From NCBI GenBank assembly GCA_944359625.1, contig CALVSW010000006.1:5070-69069 (forward strand): a stretch of DNA of 64,000 nt. Reading direction: 5' to 3'. Below are positions 16,581 to 27,290 of the stretch, piece after piece (position 1 is the stretch's first letter; every line of letters begins with the position of its first letter). A program made the translations under genes and the position numbers. Origin of the DNA: an uncultured Bacilli bacterium (GTDB lineage: Bacteria; Bacillota_I; Bacilli_A; RF39; UBA660). Below the pieces are notes generated by a model that was not told the DNA's origin, did not search any database, and saw only the letters and a program-made list of their open reading frames with translations.

Positions 16581-17483
16581 CTAAGCTGCTCTACCAAGTG
16601 TAAGAGTGTTATCTTTTTCTTGAGAATCACCTTGAAATAAATCTTGAGCATTAACTACATTTACAACCTTTTGTCTTCCAGTATCTTCAGAAACCGTACT
16701 CATTGATTCTTTATTATCTTCACCAGAAGTCATTCTTCGTAAATCTCCTAAAGCATCAGCAAACGCAATTGTATTATTCGTATCATCCTTTTTTTCTTCA
16801 GATAAACCAACCGGAGTAGTTACAGACGTTTTAGCTTCTGGAAAAGCAATGGCATTATCTTCAAATGGATTACTATTATCATCATTAAATAGGCCACTTA
16901 AACTATCTAAAGTAGTTGAATTATCATCAGATGAAGAAGTTAAAGATGAATTGTTATCTGTAGATAATTCATCAAAATTTACAGTCTTTAATTCAGGTTC
17001 TGGAGTCTTTAGGACTGGAGACTCAACTGGAGTTTCAATGGTACCAAATTTAATTTCTTGACCTTGAGAGTTAATCTCAGAGTTTTTTAATTCTGATTGA
17101 AAATCCTTACTAATAGCTTTGATTACTTTTCCTTTAACATCTTGAATTGCATTTATAGCATCAGCAATTCCATAATCAGTAGTTGAAAAACTATTATAAG
17201 CTGCTAACTGACTATCTAAATCAATTTCACTTTTATTTAATCTAGCTTCTGTATCTTTAATAGCATCTCCACTGTATTTTATATGTCTTCCTTGAACACT
17301 AACTAACTCATATAGATAACCTGCTAAATCAATTATTTCATTAGTTTTTAAGTGGTTTTGATAAACTTTTTCGGCTAAAACTAATTGCTTATCTAGTTTA
17401 CCCTTTTCTTCATTAATTTCGTCTATTCTTCTTTTTAAATCATTTACTGCTTGTTCTGTATCACTAATAACTTTCTCCATCAT
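16581..17483 (-). CDS. coiled-coil protein with a long acidic S/T/D/N-rich disordered tail
   Basis: The N-terminal roughly 150 aa are heptad-like (EQAVNDLKRRIDEINEEKGKLDKQLVLAEKVYQ). The C-terminal half is low complexity. The start is probably ATG 17483 (the track uses GTG 17492). Confidence 0.55.
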   Translation of the reverse strand: MMEKVISDTEQAVNDLKRRIDEINEEKGKLDKQLVLAEKVYQNHLKTNEIIDLAGYLYELVSVQGRHIKYSGDAIKDTEARLNKSEIDLDSQLAAYNSFSTTDYGIADAINAIQDVKGKVIKAISKDFQSELKNSEINSQGQEIKFGTIETPVESPVLKTPEPELKTVNFDELSTDNNSSLTSSSDDNSTTLDSLSGLFNDDNSNPFEDNAIAFPEAKTSVTTPVGLSEEKKDDTNNTIAFADALGDLRRMTSGEDNKESMSTVSEDTGRQKVVNVVNAQDLFQGDSQEKDNTLTLGRAA

Positions 17484-17549
17484 ATTAATCACGCCCTTTA
17501 TCTATCTTACAATACTTAAAGTTTATCACAATATGATGTTATTTGCAAC

Positions 17550-17580
17550 AAAAAAATTAGAATTTAAACTAATTCTAATT
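17550..17580 (-). terminator. intrinsic terminator of the alpha operon, overlapping the rplQ stop
   Basis: Minus strand: attagaatt-agtttaa-aattctaat followed by ttttttt. Confidence 0.6.
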
Positions 17581-17908
17581 TAACAGTTAAAGCATCGTCC
17601 CCAATTCTTTCCTTTAACTTAATTATTCTTGTATATCCACCATTTCTAGTTTCATACTTAGGGGCTAATTCATTAAATATTTTAGCAACTACATCTTTAT
17701 CATTATGTAAGAAAGCAAGGGCCTTACGACGTGATACTAATGTACCTTTTTTTCCATAAGTAATCATACGATCAACAAATTTTCTTACTTCTTTAGCTCT
17801 AGCTTCTGTAGTAACAACATATCCATTATTAACTACATCTTTTACAAGACTAGCTAAAATACTTCTACGAATACGAGATTCTCTATTTAATTTTCTATAA
17901 TTTGCCAT
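17564..17908 (-). CDS. rplQ: 50S ribosomal protein L17
   Basis: MANYRKLNRESRIRR...TTEARAKEVRKFVDRMIT. Follows rpoA. Confidence 0.95.
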   Translation of the reverse strand: MANYRKLNRESRIRRSILASLVKDVVNNGYVVTTEARAKEVRKFVDRMITYGKKGTLVSRRKALAFLHNDKDVVAKIFNELAPKYETRNGGYTRIIKLKERIGDDALTVKLELV

Positions 17909-17923
17909 GTTACCTCCGTTTAA

Positions 17924-18874
17924 CTACTCTTTAAAGCTTAAGCCCATTTCTTTAACTTTATCTAGGACTTCTTTTAAAGATTTTTTACCTAAGTTACGTA
18001 TTTTATTAACTTCACTTTCTTTTTTATTAATTAAATCTTCAACAGTGTTAATACCTGCTCTTTTTAAACAGTTATATGCACGTACAGAAAATTCAATTTC
18101 TTCAATAGGTGTTTCCAATGTCTTGGTTATAGTATCAACTTTCTTTTCTGCAATTAAACCTGTAATATTTGAAATATTATTTAAGTCTGCAACTATATTT
18201 AAATGTTCAATTAGAATCTTAGCAGATAATGCCATAGCTTCCTCTGGAGTCATAGCACCATTAGTATAAACATTCATAATAAGTTTATCAAAATTTTCAT
18301 TTTGACCAACACGAGCTGGTTCAACTTCATAACTAACTCTATCAATTGGAGAATATAAACTATCAATTGCAATTACACCAATTTTTTTCTCACCTAATAA
18401 TTTTTCATTTGCTTTAGCATCAACATATCCACGACCATTACCAACAGTCATTTCCATATCAATTTTACCACCTTTTACAAGGTTACAAATTACTAAATCA
18501 GGATTAACAACTTCAATATCAGCATCTGCTTCAATCATTCCTGCAGTTACAGGACCTTCAGTATTTGCAGATAATCTAATAGTTTTAATATTATCACTCT
18601 TATCATGATTTATTAAAACAACACTTTTTAAATTTAATACAATAGTTGTTACATCTTCAACTACACCATCAATCTTTTGAAATTCATGCATTACGCCATC
18701 AATTTTAACAGAAGTAATAGCACTTCCTGGTAAACTAGATAACATTACTCTTCTAAGAGCATTACCTATAGTTGTACCAAATCCTCTTTCAAGTGGATCT
18801 AATTCAAATTTACCATAATGATTGCTTTCAATTGATTCAGCTATTTTATAATCAGGTTTTTCAAATTTTAACAT
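17924..18874 (-). CDS. rpoA: DNA-directed RNA polymerase subunit alpha
   Basis: MLKFEKPDYK...GTTIGNALRRVMLSS, with the C-terminal domain RAYNCLKRAGINTVEDL. I set the start at ATG 18874, behind AAGGAAGGGGAG. The track start at 18928 would overlap rpsK. Confidence 0.95.
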   Translation of the reverse strand: MLKFEKPDYKIAESIESNHYGKFELDPLERGFGTTIGNALRRVMLSSLPGSAITSVKIDGVMHEFQKIDGVVEDVTTIVLNLKSVVLINHDKSDNIKTIRLSANTEGPVTAGMIEADADIEVVNPDLVICNLVKGGKIDMEMTVGNGRGYVDAKANEKLLGEKKIGVIAIDSLYSPIDRVSYEVEPARVGQNENFDKLIMNVYTNGAMTPEEAMALSAKILIEHLNIVADLNNISNITGLIAEKKVDTITKTLETPIEEIEFSVRAYNCLKRAGINTVEDLINKKESEVNKIRNLGKKSLKEVLDKVKEMGLSFKE

Positions 18875-18893
18875 ATAATCAAGCTCCCCTTCC

Positions 18894-19277
18894 TTAATTT
18901 CTTGGGCGTTTTGGTGGACGACATCCATTATGTGGAACAGGTGTTATATCATTAATAGCAGTTATTTCTAGTCCAGCAGTTTGTAATGAACGAATAGCAT
19001 TTTCTCTACCAGCACCTAAGCCTTTAACAAATACTTCTACTTTTTTAACGCCATTATCAACAGCAGTTTTTGCTGCAGCTTCAGCACTCATGCCAGCAGC
19101 ATAAGGAGTCTTCTTTTTTGAACCCTTATAACCAATTGTTCCAGCTGATGCCCAAGATATAACATTACCATTAACATCTGTTATAGAAACAACAGTATTA
19201 TTATAAGTAGAATGAATATGTGCTTGTGCTTCTGGAATATTCTTCTTTGCTTTTCTTTTTCTTCTATTATAAGCCAT
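18894..19277 (-). CDS. rpsK: 30S ribosomal protein S11
   Basis: [28 protein letters not shown]...[10 protein letters not shown]. Confidence 0.95.
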   Translation of the reverse strand: MAYNRRKRKAKKNIPEAQAHIHSTYNNTVVSITDVNGNVISWASAGTIGYKGSKKKTPYAAGMSAEAAAKTAVDNGVKKVEVFVKGLGAGRENAIRSLQTAGLEITAINDITPVPHNGCRPPKRPRN

Positions 19278-19288
19278 CTTAGTACCTC

Positions 19289-19663
19289 CTATTTACTTAC
19301 TTTTTTCTTATTAGCTACTGTTTTACCTTTACCTTTTCTTGTACGAGCATTTCTACTTGTTCTTTGACCACGGACAGGTAAACCCTTTTTATGTCTAGTA
19401 CCTTGATAAGAATTAATTTCCATTTTATTTTTAATATTTAATTGAACTTCACGACGTAGTTCACCTTCAACATTACACTTATCTACTTCAGCTCTTAATG
19501 CACTAACTTCAGCTTCAGTTAAATCTTTAGCTTTCTTTGTTCTATCAACTTTAGCAGCATCACATATAGTATTAGCTAAATTTCTACCAATACCATATAT
19601 AGCTGTTAGTCCAATACAAATATGTTTTTCATTTGGTATTTCAATATTTTTAATACGTGCCAT
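19289..19663 (-). CDS. rpsM: 30S ribosomal protein S13
   Basis: [27 protein letters not shown]...[17 protein letters not shown]. Confidence 0.95.
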   Translation of the reverse strand: MARIKNIEIPNEKHICIGLTAIYGIGRNLANTICDAAKVDRTKKAKDLTEAEVSALRAEVDKCNVEGELRREVQLNIKNKMEINSYQGTRHKKGLPVRGQRTSRNARTRKGKGKTVANKKKVSK

Positions 19664-19674
19664 AATTCCTCCTA

Positions 19675-19788
19675 TTAACCTTGGATTTGTTTGTGTTTTG
19701 GATTTTCACAAATAACCATTACTTTTCCTTTTCTTTTAATTATTTTACATTTTGGACAAATCTTTTTTACTGATGGTCTAACCTTCAT
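19675..19788 (-). CDS. rpmJ: 50S ribosomal protein L36 (zinc-ribbon form)
   Basis: Not in the ORF track because it is too short. My translation is [37 protein letters not shown], preceded by a GGAGGTAAAA RBS. Confidence 0.9.
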   Translation of the reverse strand: MKVRPSVKKICPKCKIIKRKGKVMVICENPKHKQIQG

Positions 19789-19801
19789 AATTTTACCTCC
19801 A

Positions 19802-20023
19802 TTATCTCTTATTCCATGTTATACGCCCACGTGTTAAATCATAAGTCGACAACTCAACTGTAACCAAATCACCTGGTAAAATACGAATCATGTTCATACG
19901 CATTTTACCAGAAACGTGAGCATGTACAGTTTGATTATATTTGGTTAATTTAACCAGATAATCTCCGCCTTTTAAAACTTCAATTACCTTGCCTTCTACT
20001 TCTATTTTATCTTCCTTAGCCAT
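19802..20023 (-). CDS. infA: translation initiation factor IF-1
   Basis: [20 protein letters not shown]...[20 protein letters not shown]. Confidence 0.95.
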   Translation of the reverse strand: MAKEDKIEVEGKVIEVLKGGDYLVKLTKYNQTVHAHVSGKMRMNMIRILPGDLVTVELSTYDLTRGRITWNKR

Positions 20024-20027
20024 ATTT

Positions 20028-20774
20028 TTATTCTCCTGTTAAAATTTCGTAACCATCTTTAGTAACTAAAACTGTATGTTCGAAATGAGCTGATGGTTTT
20101 CCATCCATGGTAACAATCGTCCAATCATCATCAAGCATACATATTTCTTTAGTTCCTAAATTCAACATAGGTTCAATTGCAATTGTCATTCCTGCTTTTA
20201 ATACCATTCCCGTATGAGGTTTACCGTAATTAAATACATTAGGATCTTCATGAAGTTCAGTTCCAACTCCATGACCACATAATTCACGAACTACACCTAA
20301 ATGATATTTATGAGCACATTGTTCAATCGCATGACCTATATCACCAATAGTAGCGCCCTCTTTAACTTGTTTAATTCCTTCATAAAGAGCTTCTTTAGTA
20401 TGTTCCATTAAATATTTCTTCTTCTCAGTTACAGTCCCTACAGGATACGTAGCTGCAGAATCAGAATGATATCCTTTATATTTAATAGATATATCTAATG
20501 ATACAATATCACCATTTTTTAACTTTCTTTTTCCAGGAATTCCATGAACTACCTCATCATTAACTGAGATACATAAATACCCAGGATATCCTTCATAACC
20601 AATCGTTGAAGAAGTACAACCATTTTCTTCCATAAACTTTCTAGCAATATCTTCTAATTCTTTAGTAGTTATTCCAGGTCGTAAATTCTTTTCTAATAAT
20701 TTGTGACATAAATAGTTAATATGACCAGAATATTTCATTAATTCAATTTCTTCTTTTGTTTTAATATTAACCAT
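20028..20774 (-). CDS. map: type I methionine aminopeptidase
   Basis: VVHGIPG...GDIVSLDI...GYHSDSA...CGHGVG..LHE...IEPM motif set. Located in the spc operon. Confidence 0.9.
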   Translation of the reverse strand: MVNIKTKEEIELMKYSGHINYLCHKLLEKNLRPGITTKELEDIARKFMEENGCTSSTIGYEGYPGYLCISVNDEVVHGIPGKRKLKNGDIVSLDISIKYKGYHSDSAATYPVGTVTEKKKYLMEHTKEALYEGIKQVKEGATIGDIGHAIEQCAHKYHLGVVRELCGHGVGTELHEDPNVFNYGKPHTGMVLKAGMTIAIEPMLNLGTKEICMLDDDWTIVTMDGKPSAHFEHTVLVTKDGYEILTGE

Positions 20775-21419
20775 TTATACCTCCACTATTTTAATTATTT
20801 TATCAATCATAGATTGTAAATCATCAACCGACTTAATAGTATATAATAATCCTTTTTCTTTATAATATTCAACAACTTTATAAGTTTCTTTTAAGTATTC
20901 ATTATATCTAATTTTAAAGGTTTCTTCTGTATCATCACTACGAGTTACTAAATCTATTTTACATATATCACATTTATAAGCAACTTTAGGTTTTGTTGTT
21001 TCTATAAACTTATTATAGTTTCTACCACATTGTGGACAAATCATTCTACCTAAAGCTCGAGTCATCGCTTTTTCATAATCAATATCAAGGTAAATAACAA
21101 CACATTCAGGTAACTTTAAATCATTTATAAGTTCATTTAAATGTTTTACCTGTTCAATACTTCTTGGAAATCCATCTAATATAAATGGTTTATCCTTTAT
21201 TTCCTTAATATAATTATCTAGAATTTCATATATAATTTCATTAGGAAGTAAATTACCAGTCTTTAATAAAGATGATATTCTACTTGCTAAATTTTTTTCT
21301 TTTACATTTCTTAATAAATTACCAGTAGAAACATGTATATAACCATATTTCTCACTAAGTGCACTGCTAATTGTTCCCTTACCAGCAGCTGGAGGTGCTA
21401 AAAAGATGATATTTTTCAT
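20775..21419 (-). CDS. adk: adenylate kinase (4-Cys zinc lid)
   Basis: P-loop APPAAGKGT. The lid reads CPQCGRNYN...CDIC. Confidence 0.9.
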   Translation of the reverse strand: MKNIIFLAPPAAGKGTISSALSEKYGYIHVSTGNLLRNVKEKNLASRISSLLKTGNLLPNEIIYEILDNYIKEIKDKPFILDGFPRSIEQVKHLNELINDLKLPECVVIYLDIDYEKAMTRALGRMICPQCGRNYNKFIETTKPKVAYKCDICKIDLVTRSDDTEETFKIRYNEYLKETYKVVEYYKEKGLLYTIKSVDDLQSMIDKIIKIVEV

Positions 21420-22678
21420 CTTCTACGGCGCCCTCTTTTATAACTTCTGCTAACTAAAGAACTTTCTATTTGCTTATATGTTTCAATAGCAACACCAACA
21501 ACAATTAATAATCCAGTACCACCAATAGTTACACTACTTGGTAAACCAGAAAATTTTGAAAACACTATAGGTAAACCCGCAATTATAACTAAGAAAAAAG
21601 TTCCAACTACTGTTAAACGTTTAATAATATTAGAAACATATTTAACAGTATCATTACCAGGTCGAATTCCAGGTATATAACCACCATTCTTATTTAAATT
21701 TTTAGCCATTTCTTCAGGATTCATTTCTATAAAAGTATAAAAATAGCCGAAGAAAAATATTAATAGTATATATAATATAAAACCAGTTAGACTTGTATAT
21801 TCAATATAATTATTAACAAAATTTATAGCATTAGTATTTCCAATTAAATTTACTATTGTTGTAGGAATAGCTATCAATGTTGATGCAAATATTACTGGCA
21901 TAACTCCAGCAGAATTTAATTTAATTGGTAAAAATGAAGTTTGAGCTCCATAAGCACTATTTGTACGATTTGAATATTGTATTGGTATTCTTCTTTCAGC
22001 AATTTGAATGAAAACTACACCAACAATTATCAATATATATATAATTACAAATAGAGTAAATAATAAACTACCAATTAAAGTTGTATAAGTACCAGATAAC
22101 ACTAAACTTTGAAATGTTGTCACAAACATTGAAGGCATACTTTGAATAATACCTGCCATTATTAACAGTGACATTCCATTTCCTATTCCCTTTGATGTTA
22201 CCTGATCACCTATCCATAACAAGAAACAAGTTCCTGCAGTCATAACTAATGACGTTTTTAAAATCTCAGCTGTTCCCATACCTTTCATATAAACTATAGT
22301 AAGAATATAACCTTGTAGGAAAGCAAAAATTATTCCTAAATATCTTGTTATTCTATTAATTTTTTGTCTTCCAGTATATCCTTCTTCTTTTAGTTCCTTA
22401 AAATAAGGTATTATATCCATCTGTAATAACTGAGTAATGATAGAAGCTGTAATATAAGGTGATACACCTAATGCAAATATTGAAAAGCTTCTTAATCCAC
22501 CACCAGACATAAGGTTAAATATTTCAAGAAAACCTAATTCTTGATAAACAGCTGAAGCCCAGGGAATAGTAATTGTTGTACCTAAGCAGAAAAGGCCTAA
22601 GCACATTAAAGTAAAATATATACGTTTTCTTAAATCTTTATTTGAAGGACTTAATAGTTGCTTCATACTAGCAAACAT
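21416..22678 (-). CDS. secY: preprotein translocase subunit SecY
   Basis: Ten-TM profile with GVSPYITASIITQLL. It ends RGRRRR-TGA, overlapping the adk ATG (ATGA). Confidence 0.95.
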   Translation of the reverse strand: MFASMKQLLSPSNKDLRKRIYFTLMCLGLFCLGTTITIPWASAVYQELGFLEIFNLMSGGGLRSFSIFALGVSPYITASIITQLLQMDIIPYFKELKEEGYTGRQKINRITRYLGIIFAFLQGYILTIVYMKGMGTAEILKTSLVMTAGTCFLLWIGDQVTSKGIGNGMSLLIMAGIIQSMPSMFVTTFQSLVLSGTYTTLIGSLLFTLFVIIYILIIVGVVFIQIAERRIPIQYSNRTNSAYGAQTSFLPIKLNSAGVMPVIFASTLIAIPTTIVNLIGNTNAINFVNNYIEYTSLTGFILYILLIFFFGYFYTFIEMNPEEMAKNLNKNGGYIPGIRPGNDTVKYVSNIIKRLTVVGTFFLVIIAGLPIVFSKFSGLPSSVTIGGTGLLIVVGVAIETYKQIESSLVSRSYKRGRRRR

Positions 22679-22679
22679 A

Positions 22680-23123
22680 TTAGATCACCTCAGTTTTGCC
22701 ACCTGCTGCTTCTATTTTAGCAATTGCAGCAGTTGAAAATCTACTAGCTTTAATAGTTAATTTCTTTTCAAGAGCACCATTGCCTAAAACTTTTACACCA
22801 GATAATTGCTTTTTAATTATACCCTTTTCCTTTAAAATTTCTGGAGTAACAACATCTCCATCTTTAAAGTATCTATTTAAATCACTTAAATTAATAGTAG
22901 CATATCTAACGCTATATCTAGCATTATTGAAGCCTCTTTTTGGTAATCTTCTATATAATGGAGTTTGACCACCTTGGAACCAAGGAGCTATTGAAGCACC
23001 ACTACGAGATTTTTGACCTTTTTGACCACGAGTTGAAGTCTTACCCATTCCAGATCCTGGACCACGACCAACTCTCTTTTTTGATTTAGCTTCTGGTAGA
23101 GCATTTAATTCATGTAACTTCAT
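22680..23123 (-). CDS. rplO: 50S ribosomal protein L15
   Basis: [42 protein letters not shown]. Confidence 0.95.
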   Translation of the reverse strand: MKLHELNALPEAKSKKRVGRGPGSGMGKTSTRGQKGQKSRSGASIAPWFQGGQTPLYRRLPKRGFNNARYSVRYATINLSDLNRYFKDGDVVTPEILKEKGIIKKQLSGVKVLGNGALEKKLTIKASRFSTAAIAKIEAAGGKTEVI

Positions 23124-23124
23124 A

Positions 23125-23628
23125 TTATAATTCCTCTACTTTCTTTCCTCTTAATTCAGCTACTTGTTCAGCAGTTCTTTGACACTTTAATGCCTCTAAA
23201 GTTGCCTTAGCAACATTTACTTTAGTATTTGAACCTAAAGACTTAGATACAGCATCTTTAACACCTGCAAGTTCTAAAATAGCACGAGCTGCACCACCGG
23301 CAATTAATCCAGTACCTTTTTTAGCTGGTTTTAATAATACTTCAGCACGACCAACTTTGGCAATAGCTTCATGAGGAATCGTTCTATTATCAACCAAAGA
23401 TACCTTAATAACGTTTTTATTAGCAGCTTGTAAAGCTTTTTTAATAGCTTCTGGAACTTCATTAGACTTTCCACTACCTAAGCCAACTAAGCCTTTTCTA
23501 TTTCCAACTACAACTGTAGCTAAAAATCTAAAATGTCTACCGCCTTTTGTTACTTTTGTAACACGGCCAATTGATATAACTTGATCTTCAAGCATATTCT
23601 TCTTTGTTTCAGTTTCTCTTTTTGGCAT
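23125..23628 (-). CDS. rpsE: 30S ribosomal protein S5
   Basis: [27 protein letters not shown]. Its stop lies 1 nt from the rplO start, which leaves no room for rpmD. Confidence 0.95.
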   Translation of the reverse strand: MPKRETETKKNMLEDQVISIGRVTKVTKGGRHFRFLATVVVGNRKGLVGLGSGKSNEVPEAIKKALQAANKNVIKVSLVDNRTIPHEAIAKVGRAEVLLKPAKKGTGLIAGGAARAILELAGVKDAVSKSLGSNTKVNVAKATLEALKCQRTAEQVAELRGKKVEEL

Positions 23629-23641
23629 AATATCCTCCCTC

Positions 23642-23998
23642 TTAGAATTCTAATCCGTTTTCGCGTGCTGCTTCTGCTAAAGCTTTTACACGACCATGAT
23701 ATAGGTATCCACCTCTATCAAAAACGACTTTATTAATTTTTGCTTTTTTAGCTTTAAGTGCAATATCTTTTCCAACTTCTTTAGCGCCTTCGATATTACC
23801 GCCATTTTTAATTTTTAACTCTACTGATGAAGAGCTAACTAAGGTAGTTTGTTTTTCGTCATCAATAATTTGAGCAAAAATTTGGTTATTTGATCTAAAT
23901 ACGTTTAATCTTGGACATTCACTAGTACCACTAATTTTGTTACGAACACGAGCATGTCTAATTTTACGCATATCATTATTTGATTTTTTCTTTATCAT
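23642..23998 (-). CDS. rplR: 50S ribosomal protein L18
   Basis: [34 protein letters not shown]...[21 protein letters not shown]. Confidence 0.95.
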   Translation of the reverse strand: MIKKKSNNDMRKIRHARVRNKISGTSECPRLNVFRSNNQIFAQIIDDEKQTTLVSSSSVELKIKNGGNIEGAKEVGKDIALKAKKAKINKVVFDRGGYLYHGRVKALAEAARENGLEF

Positions 23999-24015
23999 AA
24001 CATTCTCTCCTTACC

Positions 24016-24555
24016 CTATTTAGCTGCTTTCTTTCCTTCTTTGCGTCTTACAAATTCGCCTTTATATCTAATACCCTTACCCTTATAAGGTTCTGGTTCT
24101 CTTATCTTACGAATGTTAGCCACAAATTCTGATACTTTTTGTTTATCAATACCGGAAATTGTAATTTCAGTATTGCTTTCTTGACTTACTTCTAAATCAT
24201 TTGGAACAATTACTTCTACTGGATGTGAAAAACCAGCACTAATGCTTATTTTCTTACCAGCAACGTTAAATCTATAACCAACACCAACAGCTTCTAAAGA
24301 TTTACTAAATCCTTCAGTTACCCCTTTAATCATATTATTAATTAAAGAATTGATTGTTCCATGTAATTGTTTTGTTTCTTTTATATCATTTGGTCTTGTA
24401 GTTAAAACTACATTTTCCTTTACTTCTACATTAATAGGTTTTTTAATATTTAATTTTAATTCACCTTTAGGCCCCTTTACAGTAACAACATTATTTTCAA
24501 CTGTTACATTAACACCATCAGGAATTACTAATTGTCTATTACCGATTCTACTCAT
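24016..24555 (-). CDS. rplF: 50S ribosomal protein L6
   Basis: MSRIGNRQLVIPDGVNVTV...VTVKGPKGEL...EPYKGKGIRY. Confidence 0.95.
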   Translation of the reverse strand: MSRIGNRQLVIPDGVNVTVENNVVTVKGPKGELKLNIKKPINVEVKENVVLTTRPNDIKETKQLHGTINSLINNMIKGVTEGFSKSLEAVGVGYRFNVAGKKISISAGFSHPVEVIVPNDLEVSQESNTEITISGIDKQKVSEFVANIRKIREPEPYKGKGIRYKGEFVRRKEGKKAAK

Positions 24556-24568
24556 AAGTTAATTTTCC

Positions 24569-24964
24569 TTACCAAATATAGGCAAGTACTTCTCCTCCTA
24601 GATTATTTTCTCTAGCTTGTTTATCAGTCATTAAACCTTTAGATGTAGAAATAATTGCAATTCCAAGTCCATTTAAAACACGAGGAATTTCATTTGCTTT
24701 GGCATATACACGTAATCCTGATTTAGAAATTCTTTTTAAACCAGTAATTACTCTTTCTTTCTTTTCACCATACTTAAGTATAATAGTTAATTTATCACCA
24801 GTAATATTTTTTTCATATTCATAATCTGTAATGAAACCTTCATTTTTTAGAATTTCTGCAATAGCTAGAGTCATTTTAGTTCCATTAACAACTACTTTTT
24901 CATAACGCATTTGTAGCGCATTACGCATTCTTGTTAGCATATCTGCTATATTATCTTGTACCAT
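24569..24964 (-). CDS. rpsH: 30S ribosomal protein S8
   Basis: [13 protein letters not shown]...LKNEGFI...GGEVLAYIW. Confidence 0.95.
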   Translation of the reverse strand: MVQDNIADMLTRMRNALQMRYEKVVVNGTKMTLAIAEILKNEGFITDYEYEKNITGDKLTIILKYGEKKERVITGLKRISKSGLRVYAKANEIPRVLNGLGIAIISTSKGLMTDKQARENNLGGEVLAYIW

Positions 24965-24980
24965 TAAAATTCCTCCTTTC

Positions 24981-25166
24981 CTACCAACTTGATTTCTTTA
25001 CGCCAGGTATTTGACCTTTATTTGCTAATTCTCTAAAACAAATACGACATAGTCCATATTTTCTAAGTACACCATGAGGACGTCCACATCTTTCACACCT
25101 AGTGTAACTACGTGTTGAAAACTTTGGTTTTCTTTGTTGTTTTACAACCATACTAGTTTTTGCCAT
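24981..25166 (-). CDS. rpsN: 30S ribosomal protein S14, type Z (zinc-binding, 61 aa)
   Basis: [48 protein letters not shown], carrying CxxC...CxxC. Confidence 0.95.
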   Translation of the reverse strand: MAKTSMVVKQQRKPKFSTRSYTRCERCGRPHGVLRKYGLCRICFRELANKGQIPGVKKSSW

Positions 25167-25186
25167 AAAATATTTCCTCCTCTAAC

Positions 25187-25726
25187 TTACTTTCTAAATG
25201 GAAGACCGAATGCACTTAATAAGTGTAATGCTTCTTCATTTGTTTTTGCAGTAGTAACAAATACAATGTCCATACCCATTACTTTTAATACTTGATCATA
25301 ATCGATTTCTGGGAAAATCAATTGTTCTTTAATACCTAAAGTGTAATTACCTCTACCATCGAATGCAGTCTTAGAAATTCCTCTAAAATCTCTAACACGA
25401 GGAAGGGCAATTTTTATTAACTTATCCATGAAGTTATACATAGCTTCACCACGTAAAGTAACTTTGCAGCCTATTGGTTGGCCTTCTCTTAATTTAAAGC
25501 CAGCAATTGATTTACGAGCTTTTGTTACTACAGGATGTTGACCAGTAATTGCTTCTAAGTCTTTTACAGCTTCTTCAATATATTTTGGTTCGTGAGATCC
25601 TTCTCCAACGCCCATGTTAACAACTATTTTTTCTAATCTAGGAACTTCCATAATAGAACTATAGTTAAATTCTTTCATCAAAGAAGCAGTTATTTCTTTA
25701 TTATATAATTCTTTTAAATTACTCAT
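25187..25726 (-). CDS. rplE: 50S ribosomal protein L5
   Basis: [14 protein letters not shown]...[23 protein letters not shown]. Confidence 0.95.
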   Translation of the reverse strand: MSNLKELYNKEITASLMKEFNYSSIMEVPRLEKIVVNMGVGEGSHEPKYIEEAVKDLEAITGQHPVVTKARKSIAGFKLREGQPIGCKVTLRGEAMYNFMDKLIKIALPRVRDFRGISKTAFDGRGNYTLGIKEQLIFPEIDYDQVLKVMGMDIVFVTTAKTNEEALHLLSAFGLPFRK

Positions 25727-25734
25727 AATTTCTC

Positions 25735-26013
25735 CTAACTAGCTTTCTTTTCGCTTTTTTTACTTGTAGTTTTAGCCTTTTTTGCTTTTTGTGTTTCTTC
25801 AATCTTTTTTACGTTAGATACATGAATTGGAGCTTCAACCTCTTCGATTGAACCATTTTGACCAGTATATCTTGGTTTTAAGTGTTTCTTAATTTTATTA
25901 AGGCCTTCAACAACAACTTTATTTTCTTTTTTTAAAGTCTTAATAATTTTTCCTTCTTTGCCTTTTTCTTTACCGGCAATTACCTTGACTTGATCGCCAA
26001 CTTTAATCTTCAT
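25735..26013 (-). CDS. rplX: 50S ribosomal protein L24 (Lys-rich C-terminal tail)
   Basis: [23 protein letters not shown]... Confidence 0.9.
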   Translation of the reverse strand: MKIKVGDQVKVIAGKEKGKEGKIIKTLKKENKVVVEGLNKIKKHLKPRYTGQNGSIEEVEAPIHVSNVKKIEETQKAKKAKTTSKKSEKKAS

Positions 26014-26025
26014 ATCACTAACCTC

Positions 26026-26394
26026 CTATATAACTTCGTTAGCAAGTGAAACTATCTTCATGAAGTCTTTATCACGAAGTTCACGTGCTACTGGTCCTAA
26101 AACTCTTGTACCAACTGGACTTTTATCATCTTTAATTAAAACACAAGCATTATCATCGAATTTAATATATGAGCCATCTTTTCTTCTAACTCCTTCGACA
26201 CTTCTAACAATTACAGCTTTTACTACTTTACCTTCTGGGATATTACTATTAGGAATAGCTTTTTTGACAGTTCCTATTACAATATCACCAATATTTCCAT
26301 ATTTAACTTTTGAACCGCCCATTACTCTAATTACAAGTAATTCTCTTGGTCCTGAATTATCAGCAACTTTTAATCTACTTTCTTGCATTATCAT
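26026..26394 (-). CDS. rplN: 50S ribosomal protein L14
   Basis: [28 protein letters not shown]. Confidence 0.95.
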   Translation of the reverse strand: MIMQESRLKVADNSGPRELLVIRVMGGSKVKYGNIGDIVIGTVKKAIPNSNIPEGKVVKAVIVRSVEGVRRKDGSYIKFDDNACVLIKDDKSPVGTRVLGPVARELRDKDFMKIVSLANEVI

Positions 26395-26405
26395 AATGAG
26401 ACCTC

Positions 26406-26669
26406 CTATAAAACTACAGCTTTTTCAACTACTTTAACTAGAGTATATCTTTTAGTTTTAGATAATGGTCTAGTAGAGGCAATTCTAACTGTATCTCCTT
26501 CTTTTGCTTCATTGTTTTCATCATGAGCTACATATTTTTTTGAATATTTAACTCTTTTACCATAAAGTGGATGATTTTTATAAGTTTCAACTAAAACAGT
26601 AATAGTTTTATCACATTTTGCAGATACTACTTTACCAGTTAACTCTGCTCTTTTAGTTTCTTCTTTCAT
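26406..26669 (-). CDS. rpsQ: 30S ribosomal protein S17
   Basis: [37 protein letters not shown]. Confidence 0.95.
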   Translation of the reverse strand: MKEETKRAELTGKVVSAKCDKTITVLVETYKNHPLYGKRVKYSKKYVAHDENNEAKEGDTVRIASTRPLSKTKRYTLVKVVEKAVVL

Positions 26670-26875
26670 TAATTTTCTCCTCCTTCTGATAATTCTCTTT
26701 CACGAATAATAGTCTTCATTCTGGCTACATCTTTTCTTAATTCATGAATTTTAAAAGGTTTTTCTAAACTACCATTAGATTGTTTAATTCTTAAATCTAA
26801 TAGTTCTCTTTTTTCTTCAGCAATTTTTTTATTAAGTTCTTCAGTTGTTAACTTTCTTAACTCATTAACTTTCAT
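26669..26875 (-). CDS. rpmC: 50S ribosomal protein L29
   Basis: [29 protein letters not shown]. Confidence 0.9.
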   Translation of the reverse strand: MKVNELRKLTTEELNKKIAEEKRELLDLRIKQSNGSLEKPFKIHELRKDVARMKTIIRERELSEGGEN

Positions 26876-27290
26876 TAGAATTACCTTCTTTCTTTACAAA
26901 TTTGCAAGTAACAGGTAATTTATGAGAAGCAAGACGTAAAGCTTCACGAGCTGATGCCTCATCAATATCACCAACTTCAAACATAATTTTACCTTTTTTT
27001 ACAACAGCCACCCAATCTTCAACATTACCTTTTCCTGTACCTTGACGAGTTTCAAGAGGTTTTCTTGTTAATGCTAAATGAGGGAAGATGTTAATATAAA
27101 CTTTACCACCACGTTTCATATAACGAGTCATAGCAATACGAGCAGCTTCAATTTGACGAGCACTAATCCATGCTCCTTCTTTAGCCATTAATCCGTATTC
27201 ACCAAAGTGTAATTCAGTATTACCTTTAGCATGACCATCATAAGTTAATCTTTGTGGTTTACGATATTTAGTTCTTTTTGGAATTAACAT
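26865..27290 (-). CDS. rplP: 50S ribosomal protein L16
   Basis: [14 protein letters not shown]...[21 protein letters not shown]. Confidence 0.95.
   Translation of the reverse strand: MLIPKRTKYRKPQRLTYDGHAKGNTELHFGEYGLMAKEGAWISARQIEAARIAMTRYMKRGGKVYINIFPHLALTRKPLETRQGTGKGNVEDWVAVVKKGKIMFEVGDIDEASAREALRLASHKLPVTCKFVKKEGNSNES

Noticed and set aside
17907-18269. There are numerous 60-125-aa ORFs antisense to well-supported genes: 1129-1341, 4323-4520, 8914-9099, 10385-10588, 14118-14300, 16849-17061, 17907-18269, 22696-22968, 24350-24562, 26060-26437, 39175-39357, 41581-41769, 46479-46682, 52774-53025, 60155-60340, and the same-strand out-of-frame ORF at 63224-63427.
   Set aside because: All lie entirely within conserved genes, on the opposite strand or in an alternative frame. 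They have low-complexity Leu/Ser/Phe/Ile-rich translations and no RBS. These are typical shadow ORFs.
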